Shown piece by piece: positions 39,354 through 51,800 of a DNA stretch of 64,000 nt. The DNA lies in assembly GCF_964204865.1 (NCBI RefSeq), contig NC_135260.1, positions 9,796,001 to 9,860,000 on the forward strand. The letters are read 5' to 3'. The DNA comes from Styela clava. Its lineage: Eukaryota. How positions within the stretch are numbered: the first letter of the stretch is position 1; every line of letters starts with the position of its first letter. Below the pieces are notes generated by a model. The model was given only the letters and a program-made list of their open reading frames with translations. It did not search any database and had not been told where the DNA came from. The position numbers were made by a program, and so were the translations under genes.

Positions 39354-42300
39354 TTAGGATTGATCGGATTGATGCTTTCTAGCAATTTCTTGCTGCTTCT
39401 TCTCCCACAAACGCTGTCCGTCACAAAAACCAAGTTTGCCTTTGTTGAAAGAGTTTGGGCCTGATGAAGTTGGTGTGTTTCTGAAGATAAATTCAAAAAT
39501 GTTCTTTACAAGTCGATAAGAAACAGGAATAGGATATTCTTATTTATACTAACAAAGGCTAGGGAGCCAGAGTTGGAGCGAAGCTTATCATACAAGATGA
39601 CCATCGAGCCGAAGCTACCAGAAACTTTGTTGGCTCCAGTTCTGAAACATCTTTTTATTTTTCACATTTATTATTTTCTCATACCTCATACAAATAATGA
39701 AATCTGTCCTTATCAGCGTATAACTTTTTTGTAATTAATTACCAATATTAATTTAAAAATTTCAAGTTTAAATTATATAATCAAGTTAATTTACAATTTG
39801 AAACCATTTGGGTTGTTGTTTCGGGGTGAGTAGTCTACTGGTCAACACAAAAAATCTAATGACTATGCAGCCGGATCCCCAGTTTAAATATGATTAATAT
39901 AACTTTTAGGGAGTTAAACATCAGACAAATATACCTTCCAATGTTCTTCATTCGCATCTTAGCCTCTGGAGGAATCTCTTCTGGTTCACTCTACATCAGA
40001 AACAAGAAATACATAACATTCTGCGACAAATGACTATAAATGTATGTATGAATATTGTGGAAATATTAGACTTCTAGGAATGCAATAATAACTACTTGGT
40101 ATCTATAAATGGAATGATTTTATTGTCAATGAAAAAGACGAGCAGAAAATGAAAACGGCTACAAAAATTTTATGCGCAAGTAAACAGAACACTTTGGCAA
40201 TGATCCATGGCGAACAACAGGGAATAACACCTCTATACTACACAAAATTACTTTACATTCAAGTTTATCTCAGTAAGTAAATAAAATATCGATATTGAGA
40301 TATTTCATTTTTTCTTTGAAATTTGAATTTTTTCTCTCTGAATTGAACAATTGGAGGATCTTTAACGAAAAGCCAACACAAATTGACAAACATATAAGAA
40401 GACTCAAGTCAAGAAATTTTATTTTTTAGTTTCTTTCAAAAATGGTTGTCTGAATATATCATGTAACCGCTTTGCTTTTAACCCCCCTAAACCAGGCAAT
40501 AAAGCTAAATCATGTTCTGTAGCTTTTGCAACATTGCTCAAATTTTTATAGTTTGATAATAAAGTGTGTGCATCAGTGGAATTAACAGATTTAACGGATG
40601 ATAAAGTCTCGGCAAGTCTTGCTGTGAATTCTTTCTTTATTTTGGTTTGAATCAAGTCCGCAGGTTTATTCCTATACGCTTTGAAAGTTTCTAAATACGT
40701 CCCAGCTTCTTCGTTACTAAATGCCAGCAAAAGTGTCATTTCCGATACTAATGCAGCTTTCGCAAGTTCCTTAACTGCATGAGCAGGCTCTTTGACATCA
40801 ACGAGCCCCAGAAGCACTCTAATGGAGAACTGACCAGATTTCCGCAATGCTTGAATACGGTCGTATATATAATTTGGTTTTAAAGCATGATATCGAAGAC
40901 TTAGGAATAAACAACAAGACGTGGCACTCATAATGTAATCAGGTACCATTCCGGCATCTTTGTCCGCATATTGCCAAGGAACATTACATATGTTATCCAA
41001 AACGGGATTACCACGCTGACATGGGTTAACCATAATAGCATTGCCAGATCCTAGAGCAAAAGTTCGAGTGCTCCCTCCACTTGGAAGACAAGCCTTATAT
41101 TCAGCTTCAGCATCTTTTTGTAAGAATGCAAACGCACTTGTAAATGAGACGGTTCCAGATGGGCCTGCTATATCTTCAATTGCCACCTTTTCTGTGCTTG
41201 ATTTTGTACTTGAATTACCATTCTCATTAGATTGCAGATCTTTCCCATGGGCCGAGTTGAGAAACTCTCCTAATATTTTATCATTTTCATCTGATTCATA
41301 ATCAGCCATTTTCAATCAATAAATCTCAATTACTAATAAAGATAACTAGGTCAATGAAGAAAAGTTCGTCAGTTAAGCCCGAATAACGAGTCCAGTTGAT
41401 ATAATAATTTTGGTTAAATTGGAGTTCAAACGATGAAGATTATGGGTATGAGTGAAGAAATATAAACAATATTGATATTGTAACTAGCTCCAAATAGATT
41501 AGAAAAAATCATTCTTGGATGCCAATTTTGCCAGATATTTAGAAATATGTTTACAACAAACCAGGCCATATGCAACCAAAGGTAATTTTTAAGTATGCCA
41601 TCGCCAACTTACTACATAGGCAAGATATACTGGTATACAAGTGATAACAAATACAACAATACTATACAAGGTCAAACTATACATATAGTAATAAATTATT
41701 ATCTAAGATATAAAACAATAAAACTGGCAAACCTTTCTACAAACATAACAAAGAGAAAAGCTGAACGAAAAAGTTTAGTTTAGATATGGAAAGTAGCTGC
41801 CCATTACATGATTCCAAATGGAAACTGCAAATGACTAGTATTAACAGAGTATAAAAAATATCATTAACCTTTTTATTCCCTAGCACTGATTTCAAATTTA
41901 TTTCAGTAAAATGTATCCATTAAAATCCTACAACCCTTTCGAAATTTGAGGGATCTAATAGGGCAATGCAACAGTGTCAACTTATGTCAGATCATATTAA
42001 CCCTTTCATTATGTCAACTGCTAGAGTACCAGAAATAGGCATGTCCCTCTTATCGATAGACAGTGTGTTAGCTAACTTGAAAATACTGTAAGTTTAAGAG
42101 ACGACCATTACACTAGAATCCCCACAAAATTGCATTAAAATGGATAACTTAAGAATGATGGTAAGACCGGATTTCTGATTCAGATCAAGACCGAAATTCT
42201 GAGTGTTGTTTCTGGTTCAGACCTTAGAAATTTACATTTGCATGATTCTCAGATCAGACCAACTAGGCATGGTTCCCACGGTACACGGGACCTGTTGGTG

Positions 42301-44365
42301 ATATATTACGAATTGATTGGGGGAGACTGGGGCATGTGAGGATGAATCAAAGTACAAAATTTCAACTTTACAAATAGTACAATAAAGACAATTGAAAACT
42401 TCTTCTAGGCTATCCCGTATTTTAAGTTTAAAAAAGGGGTAACGAATTCTCCAGTTTAGCAGGGTAATTCGAAAGTGGAAGGGTTAATAGATCATTTGAT
42501 GACAATAAATTGTATGTATTTAGTAAATTACTTACATCACTGTCTTCATTAAACACAGCTGCAACCTTACTAGATTTCTTCACGACAGTTGGTTCTGTCT
42601 TTGTTTTGTCCTTCTGTAATTTTCAGAGACATTTTGTAATTTTGGCCACAAAACGCTAGTATTATTTATTTCAAAATCTCATTTATCAAATATCTAATTG
42701 AGTTATACACGAACAGCAAGCTCGAAACCCCTTTTATATCTACCACAATAGGCCAAACAAATAGACCCCATAAATTCCAGTATTAGTAAAAATGAATTCA
42801 TTATTATATCGTATAAGAATACTGCTAATCATGAAGGGATTCTGTTTATAGTTAAATTTCTATTATAGCATTGGTTATCAATATTGGTAATCGTACAAAA
42901 TTCCCAACCATGATTTTCACTCACTGCCAGTTTTAAAGCAATGGGGTTGAGATTTTTTTTCATGGCACCAGGCTTCAATATCTTTGTAGTTGTGGCAGGC
43001 TTCTTGTTTGATGTAGAAGACTTAATATTGAACCCAATGGAAGGCTTCTTTGATGGAATAGTTTCGGATGAGGTCTCTGTAGATGGTCTTTTGTAAGAAG
43101 ATGCCTCTGTTAGAACAAGTCAAAACTTCCCAAGATGAGAATGCATGCCTAATTTCAAGCAATAAAATCAAAAAATTGTCAACAAAGTCAACGAGGATAA
43201 GCATGATTGATAAAATTAGCTCCATAAACTGACAAGCCATTCCACATCAATATGAAATAAGTCTACAAACTTGGTATTTTCATTAAATTATAACTTTTTA
43301 CCAATATCTATAAATGATACTTTCATATTTCTACAGGATATATTACGGTATTATGTAATATTTTGATGTACAACAGATGAAATGGCGTAACAGTATGGGA
43401 TTCATGACATGAAGTAACATAGAGTGTATTGTGTCACCTCTTTTACTCTTATTAACAATATCATTGAACTAATGTACAAAAGAATATTTATTTGAGAGTT
43501 TAAAAATTGAACAGGTGGAAATTGTCAGATTTATATATACTAGATCCATTTGAGTATAGAAAACACAGCATTTTAATACATGTGAAACATATAACGAGAG
43601 TAAAGAAAGTTTTGCAATAATATTAAACTCGTGTAGTTTCGTACCTAACAAACTTCTAGTGGGCGAAGCATAACAATTTTTTGACATGTCAATCCTAATC
43701 CCCACCCGACTACGGCATCCAAAAATTACGTCACAATCACGTCATAGAGCTTGCCAAATACACGCACGATCGCCCGAAATGGCATCAGCGCCGACGATAA
43801 AGAACTGACTAACGTCAGCGATCTCTCTCATATTGGGATCGTTGCGACAAGAAAACGAGAGAAATAGCTGTTCGATTTCTTGTCTGCGCGTCTTGGGTGA
43901 CAGTTCGTATAGTTTGAAGGGCTCTATTACATCACTGTGACGTTGTAGTGACGTAATTTTTGGATGGCGTAGTCAGGTGGGGGTTAGGATTGAAACATGA
44001 AAAAATTGTTATGCCAGCCCTCTAGAAGTACGTTAGGTACGAAACTACACGAGACCCAAAATTACCTCAAACATAAAGCTGTAAAGCCAGAAAAGACATT
44101 TCAATCTAAAACATGGCCTAAAATGCATACAAACATATGATGATACAAAATAACAATACGGCAATGAAAGCATACAGAGGTAAGGTACGTGAGGCAGTGT
44201 TTTCTAAAAACATATTTCTATTGAAGCTCAAAAGCTGTATCGGTATCGGTAGGTACCTATTGTGAGGTAACGTTAGGTCAATTTAGCAATTATGCGCCAA
44301 ATACTATCACAGAGACGCGATAACCAAATTTTATACTCACCATCCCTGCGATACGTGTCTGCCAT
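39354..44365 (-). CDS. PCNP: PEST proteolytic signal-containing nuclear protein, 5 coding exons
   Basis: Exons 44365-44341, 43106-42925, 42613-42536, 39990-39935, 39480-39354 in phase; peptides [56 protein letters not shown] match the PCNP C-terminus. Confidence 0.93.
40419..41309 (-). CDS. ERCC1: DNA excision repair protein ERCC1, intronless, nested in PCNP intron 3
   Basis: [11 protein letters not shown]...VPWQY...PDY...LFLSLRYH central domain and C-terminal HhH2 ([10 protein letters not shown]...[16 protein letters not shown]). ATG at 41309; the track's 41315 start is TTG. Confidence 0.95.
   Translation of the reverse strand: MADYESDENDKILGEFLNSAHGKDLQSNENGNSSTKSSTEKVAIEDIAGPSGTVSFTSAFAFLQKDAEAEYKACLPSGGSTRTFALGSGNAIMVNPCQRGNPVLDNICNVPWQYADKDAGMVPDYIMSATSCCLFLSLRYHALKPNYIYDRIQALRKSGQFSIRVLLGLVDVKEPAHAVKELAKAALVSEMTLLLAFSNEEAGTYLETFKAYRNKPADLIQTKIKKEFTARLAETLSSVKSVNSTDAHTLLSNYKNLSNVAKATEHDLALLPGLGGLKAKRLHDIFRQPFLKETKK
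43628..44057. mobile_element. Palindromic MITE family A (PCNP intron 1)
   Basis: Imperfect TIRs over 100 bp long (ctcgtgtagtttcgtacctaac... / ...gttaggtacgaaactacacgagaccc); the left terminal GGGT is missing. Confidence 0.8.
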
Positions 44366-45137
44366 ATTTTGAAATCACAGATTATACGATCCAAAACCAG
44401 AATTAAAATCCAACAACGATGCTGAAGCGCAAACGAACCAAAACGAAATCATCCACGGAACACCGCCTTGTGGTCGTGTAACTAAAACGTGTTGAAAAAA
44501 CACCAAATGGTCATTTCATATTTCCCTTTAAAAAATTCAGGGTTGCGAAGAACTGAAGAACAAGGAATAGAATTATTTTTCAAACTCAGACCACGAAACG
44601 CAGAATATATCTAAGACAGGCTGTAAGAGCCGGTAGTAGAAAACGACATTTAAAAGTTATATCTGGTTTTTCCGCGACGAGAACAAATTTTTTTTTCTGA
44701 CATAAATTAAGAAAACGCAAACACACAGTTTTTCGATGTTTATTAGTATCTTGCGTTTTTTACCTTCTGTTTTTTTTTTCAATCGTCTATCCAGCATGTC
44801 ATGAGTTAATGGTGTAACATATGATTATGATATGTGTTATGAATAGCGTTAACAAATTATCGCTTCTGACAAATCTTAAGAGATAAGACTAAATTTCTGC
44901 TATTATATCGTAAATCTCAAATCGAGATTCCGCGACTTCAAAATTTACAATGTCGATTCTTATTATCGCGCAATACACTGAATTTTGACTTAATTAATTT
45001 GTTAATATTACTTTCACATCCTGCAACCGATTCCGGTGCGGCAGCGCGTATGCTGCGAAACCACGATCCACAAAACTTAGGAGATGCTCATTGATTCCTC
45101 GCTAATTTTGACTAGCTCTTTCTCAACTATCCTAGGC

Positions 45138-45777
45138 TCCGTAATGTAAAAAATTTGATTCCTAATGGGAAAATAGAAAAATGGTCAAATGAATTGTGCA
45201 AGAACTTGGATAATTAGTTGACGCAGTATGAAAAAGTGTTTTATTGCACTATTAAATCGCGACTTAGATCTTTCCATGTCAAATTTTCTCTGAGAGCAGT
45301 GCCTACAAATGACCTGTTATTTAGAATAAATAAGACATCAAGTCCAAAATGTACATTTTGTGAGAGTCATGTCGAAACAGTGTTACATTTATTTTATTTC
45401 TGTTAATTTGTGCAACACTTTTGGGAAATAGTGAATGCATAGCTAACTGTTGAATATGGGTTAAATCTTGATCTGACATATGAAGAAATTTGATTTTGGC
45501 CTTTGGGTAGGGCAAAACCAAGGTATAAACTGTGTTTTACTAAGTGCAAGATATTATATTTATAAATGTAAATTACGTAATGAGAGGCCTCAATTTGATC
45601 AATTTTTATATATGATAAAAAGTATTTTCAACTGTGAAAAAATTATTGCAACTAAAAAATGTAAACTGTCGAATCATGTAAAAAAGGGGAAAATTATCAT
45701 GAACTCATTTTTTTAAGTGCAATTGTAATTATATGTTATCGTGTGTATAAAAAGTGATGTTTTTAATAATAAAAAAA
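45138..45777 (+). mobile_element. 5'-truncated L1/Tx1-type LINE (C-terminal CCHC zf-RVT region)
   Basis: Peptide RAVPTNDLLFRI...PKCTFCESHVETVLHLFYFC...ARYYIYKCK with stops; AATAAA plus A-tail; 13-bp TSD AACTATCCTAGGC at 45125-45137 and 45778-45790. Confidence 0.85.
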
Positions 45778-46292
45778 AACTATCCTAGGCCGTTAGAGAC
45801 TCTAAGCACTTAGGACTGTGGTGTCATATTGGAAAAAATAATAATAATAGGAATATAACAAGAGTTCCGTGTTATCTGAAATTGAATAAATAAGTTTTAG
45901 GGTATATTCTTTAATAATTGAAGGCCAGATTATAATTAATTTGCATGATATTTTTCGGAAATAGTTCTCATAACTACAAACACTTATAGATAGGTTTAAG
46001 ATGATACTTATAAAAGAAAAATAAGCAAAATTATTCCAGCTGGGCCAATACTGTATTTAGGTCTGAACAATCACTTCATTAAACACAGAGGCACTATTGC
46101 AAACTCGGATATGACAATTTCTGTGATATCGTCTTTTCCTAGGTGCACTAAGCACGTATTTTAAATGGTGATTTCATCCCTGGATGCAACACTCTCGCAT
46201 AATTACACGCCTACAAATCCGTCAGCATGATAGAGAAAGACTAAATCACGCGTTGTATACAAAACTAATGAATTCAGTGAAGCCGATTAATA

Positions 46293-46463
46293 GTATTGAA
46301 GTTACGGTGTAATGATATTCAAACATTCAACGACTGACGCCTTTTAACATAATTGAAGTTAATGAAATGCTATTCAAACGTTCAACGAATGAAGCTTTTT
46401 AGCAGTATTGAAGTTACTGTGAAATGCTATGTGAACTTTCAACGACTGACGCTTTCTGGCAGT
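46293..46463. repeat. Three-copy tandem repeat with a unit of about 57-59 bp
   Basis: Unit approximately gtattgaagttac.gtgaaatgctattcaaacnttcaacgactgacgc.ttttagca. Confidence 0.75.
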
Positions 46464-48832
46464 ACAAGCGAGGATCTTGTGAGGATGAGGTGTTGATCTA
46501 ATCTTAAATTCTCTTTTCTTCGAGCATGGTCATAGTAATACGCCTGATACATATACACTGCAAAACTCATTCAGTCACAATGGGATAACAGCATAAATAA
46601 ATGGAGATTCGGCATGATTAACGCCAGGCATACAGCCAGATTACCATTGCATGATAAATATCTGGAGATTCTATTGGGCGATCGAATCTCAAACTAATAT
46701 CAAACGCATCTTTCACACGACAAGCCAAGTAGATCGCGGGTGTACTTAAATGCCTCTTCCGGTTATTGTATCTACATATCAACTTGAAATGGGATTCATA
46801 GAACAGTCTTCATAAAGGAAATGAATCCACGCAAACACTAATATAAAAGATTGGCAGACATCCGCGCCATACTAAACGCCCAATTCAGAGAGGGATATTT
46901 GGAGTGGAGTGTAACTAAACATAGCAAGGTGCGTCACCATACAACATGTGAATGGTTTCTATAACGCTGGTACATTATACAGTCATTAACAAAAACAAGT
47001 TTTTGGAACTTACAGCTCCTTTTACTTTTGTCAAATCAGAAGAAGCATTACACACAATACAAATGCATCATTGCAAAAGCAGACAAAAAATGTTCGAAAC
47101 AATTTCGATTTGCTTGGGTCAGTCGAGGGTAACTATTTTTTAACTTGCTGCAGATTTAAGGGGACCCGGGCCAGTATTTTTACTATTGATAATATCAAGA
47201 ATCATAGATAAGAACACAAAGAGTAACAAAAACACACAAAAAACAATAACGAAAACAAATCCAATCTAGCCATAAAAAGTTTAAACATACATGATTGTTC
47301 ATGGAACTTGAAAAAACGTATGAATCACTTCATATTCATATTAAGTTCATTTAGGAGGCTAAGATGTAAAGATGGCGCAATTATTTTGAATAAAACGTTC
47401 ATGCATACAAAAACATAGCTAGCAGCTTAGTAATAGAACAAGATGATTGATAAAGAAAAAAAAATGAATCTGGTTCAACACAAAGACTGAACCTCCACCA
47501 AGGTTTGTACGCACAGTACATGCAGGAACATTCCATTACATATGGAACCATTATTCAAAAAGTTACAGAATGGCGCAGTGATCAGCTTCATTGTGTAAAA
47601 GCTATGTCCTCAAAAAGGTATGATAAAACGAAGAAATCTTAACAGGAAAATTCAAAATTTGCTGAAGGAAAATGAGTTGAGTCTGTAGAGAACTGATGCA
47701 CTGAACAAGGCATGTCCATTTTTTGTGACTCTTCTTATGTCACATGGGGCAGATAGCATGGCTGACACATTCCCTCGACATTTGGGCAGCAAGCTGGTTC
47801 CTTCATGTGCTCAAGAACCCTCCATAATTCCTGTATTAAAAACATAACATTCATAAGCACATTGCATTGATATTTTCTTTTAAAAGGAATGGACACCCCG
47901 AATACATCAAGACTAAGAAATAACCATTTGCATGATAACGCAGATTTCAAAAATCAAGATTCGAGACAAATACAAAATAGGTTTAAACGCAAATTTGAAT
48001 GCTCAAATATTAAATAAAATTGTCCAAAAATATAAAATTTCTTACTGTTCATTTTGGAGTGAAAATCGATCAAAATCATACCTCTGTCGAGATGAAAAAT
48101 TCTGCACCAGATTTGTTTAAGAATAACGACAGAACTGTTTACAGATTCAGTTTTTGGTCTCAGGTGCCAAATCCACAATTTGTGCCAGCACGATCCAATA
48201 AGTGCATAGCAGTTTCTTCAAGTTCGTTTTTTTTTTTTTTGAGAACTTTCAGATGTCACCAGAACTTTCGAATGAATGAAGTTGTTTTACGCTTAAATCC
48301 ATATTTTCAAGATGAAGTCTTATTTCAACGCAACGTTTTGACGAGGTAAACCATTGATAAGGTGAACCATATAGTTTCTGAAGGCTTCGTTTTTTGCCCA
48401 TTTTCATGAGGTTGCTAATTTTGAATCCTCTGCCCAAATACCAGCCAAAGTCATTTTTGAAGACTTTGGGATTCACAACTGACAAATTTGACAATATTCG
48501 AAGTTTGAACAATTTTATTGCAATTTTATACAGAGACCGGATTGAAACTTCGCACGATCGTGAAGTACAAATTTGAACAAATAATTCATTCAGCAATAGT
48601 TTTTATAAAGTTTGAGCGTAGTTGGTGTAAACAAACAAAAGACGAGACGCTACAAAATTGACAAAGTAAATAAAATAAAAATAAAAGTAAAATGAACTGG
48701 GCACAGGCAGGATAACATCATTGAGCAAAACCATTGTGATTATTCACAACCTTTCAAGTTCAAATAAAAATAAGTTTTTTTCTCTGTCTTGTTACATAAA
48801 CAAATACCGAATTGTACCCCATTACAGAGAGT

Positions 48833-51800
48833 TTACATCCACTGTGATTCGTCAGTGAAGTCACCCAATGGTTGCTGAGCAATGGGCTGATTACCCCACA
48901 TGTTTTGAGAATTTTGACCCCCCTCAGTCTGCCTTCGTTTTCCACCGACACCATCGCCATTGAAGTTAGCCTTACGTTTGCCACCTAGATTTGGTTTTCC
49001 ACGGGCTCCTCCGCGGCCGCCCCTGACCCCCTGCCCACCGCGACCACGGGCCATGAAGTTCATTGGGCCACCCATGCCCATACCCATGCTGATCGGTGCA
49101 GAAGAAAAGAAAAAATGAATGATTTAAATTTTGATAATCGAATTGAAAAAAATTTCAAATTTTTCAGACTATGTTTAAATTTTTTTTTATCACATATCAT
49201 GACAAAGCCCCTGTAATAAATAGATATTTTTCCAAACTGTTCGGCATCATGCTCGTACATCACATTCGAACACTTAACTTTTTGAGGAAATATTAGATTT
49301 TTATTACTTTTAGGGACAATTAATTGGGTGTCTGGAACGATATTCTAGCCCATAACAATATAATAACTGTCTATTACAATAATAATATGACTTGCTCACC
49401 TGCCTCTGTATCCTCTCATCATCATATTTCCGCGTCCTCGAAAGCCAGGTCCACCCATTCCCATTCCACCAAAATACGGGTCATCGTAGCCTCCGCCAAA
49501 ACCACTTCCGAAGCCCATGTAATCGTAATAATCATCGACGAATCCGCCACTGTTGTACGGCATCGGTGGAAAACCCATTGGGCCCATATGTCCACCACGT
49601 GGTCCTCTTCCGCGCTGCCCTCTTTGATTGAACTGCCCGGGTATGCCCATGCTGCAATAGCATAAGGACAGAGTTAAAAATGAATTTTTGCATTGCCGAA
49701 AAATAAAAATGCTTCTCTACGTACTGCTGATTCATTTTTCGTTCCATTTGTCTTTCCTTCTTTTTTTTATCAACTGGTTTTGCAAGGCTGATTTCAATTG
49801 GTTCACCTTCCAGATTCAGACCGTTCAGCTCTTGCATTGCCTGTAAATGAAGTAAATATTGGAACAGAATACAGTAGTACTTCTTCAGACACTGTTCTAC
49901 TTATAGAGATCGATAAAAGAAAAGCAGAACCTTACCTTCAAAGCCTGCTCTCTATCTTTAAAATGCACGAAAGCGTAGTCCTTGATTTTTTTCACTCTTT
50001 CAATTTCGCCATATGAACTAAATGTTGTCTGGATTACTTCTTCGGAAGCTTTGGTCGCCAAATTTTTCAGGTACAGAACCTTTACCTGTAAAAAATAACG
50101 TAAAGGTTGATTAGCTAGGTTACACAACTGCAAAGACCCCAAACTTAAATTTCATGAAAAGTGTTGACGGGGCTAAGTTCCGACATCTTAAACTCTTGCA
50201 GCCATTTAACGATAACTGTCTAAACGAAACGAGTCCTGACTCAATGAGACCTAACTGAGTGAGTGACTCGACCATACTTCTCATCAAAAGGTGTAAAAAA
50301 TTAGGTTGGGCTGATGACCAATGACGAGCAGCTATGAGTTTAGGGACTTTTACCCAACACCGAGAACGATAAATACCAATAATATATAGGTATATATATA
50401 TACCTTTGACATGACTTCATCAGATGGATTATCGATCGGATCAGCCCAGTCCACCGACACAAGATTATTCCAAACTTTTGTTTTTCCCGATCCAAGTTTT
50501 CGCCGTGCTTGCGATGCAGACTTGTGATCAGTGTATTCAAGGAAGCAGAATCCTCGGTTTTTCGACTTGTCCTCGGTTTGATGATAAACAATGACATCTT
50601 TTAGACAAGCTGCAACAAAAATGTTTTACATTACTTCAAAATAAGATTAAATAATGTCTGTCTCTGGTCACGGATGTCTGCAGATGAAATAAATTTGGCA
50701 TTGGCAATAACTGAATTATCAGAAATCAATAAATTGTTACAGTTTAGACTGAAAGATGCAGAAGGGGTGGGTGCCTCATGTATACTTACTTATTCAGTAA
50801 TCAGCATCTTACAGTTATATCACAATTTATAAACAAATTTATTTGCTATGTATATGACCACCTCAGATCTGTTGAGCTTATAAGTAGGTTTCATCACATA
50901 TAAATATGACGGGGAAAGAAGTATTCTCATCACTGGTGGTAAATCAATCAAAATAGTAAAAACAAATAATATTAAAAATGAGGGCAAAACAATCTTACGT
51001 GATAAACTCTGGAACTCTTCAAAAATTTCATCTTTTGTTTTATTTTTAGGTATTGAACCGATAAACAGGCGACAATTTGATTGTGACAGGCAGACGCCAA
51101 GAAATTTTTTCGGTTTTATTTCGTAATTGTCCAGCTGTGAAACCAGAATGCATTGTTTAAATGAGTAAAAATCTGTTTGACCTAATCTGGCTCAGTGGCA
51201 CTTCCAATAAAGCTTTCTCAATCAAAATCTCAGAGATGAACTTGTGATGACAATGTATTTTTTTTTATATATATTTCAGTAATCTAACCAATTTCACGGA
51301 TTCCACTGCCATGTCTCTCTGTACGAATGACGCGAAACCGTAGCCTCTATTTTGCCCTGATAATGGTTCCATCATTAGTCTGAAATCCCATATTGTACCG
51401 GCTTTTTCCAGAAGTGGTATGATTTCATCTTCAAAGACATCTCTTGGAATTCGACCAATGAATACCTGTTATATAGGATACAAACATAATAATACAAAAC
51501 TGAAACATTGGAAATAGAATTTGCATACTTATCCTGGGAAAGAGGAAAGACTGCTTGTATGGTATCTCATTTCGTTACTTGTGCATTTCGGGGACGGGAA
51601 TAGATAACCAGTTACTTGATTCAGATACATGGGCTTATTATTAATGGAGGAGTAACCAATCAGGAGTCATGTGAACTATCCTACGAAACTTCTCACATAT
51701 ACATTCAAACTCGAGATTCTCTGCAGGATAATCAGAGGTGTGATGGCACACATGTTCCTAACACCTAGCTTAATCTGCCAAACACCTGAGAGTTATTGAA

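Noticed and set aside
41309-42536. PCNP-ERCC1 fusion protein by alternative splicing
   Set aside because: Both AG acceptors near the ERCC1 ATG lead to in-frame stops (TAA, TGA).
46293-46463. CRISPR-like array
   Set aside because: Eukaryotic context, contiguous diverged units, no unique spacers and no cas genes.
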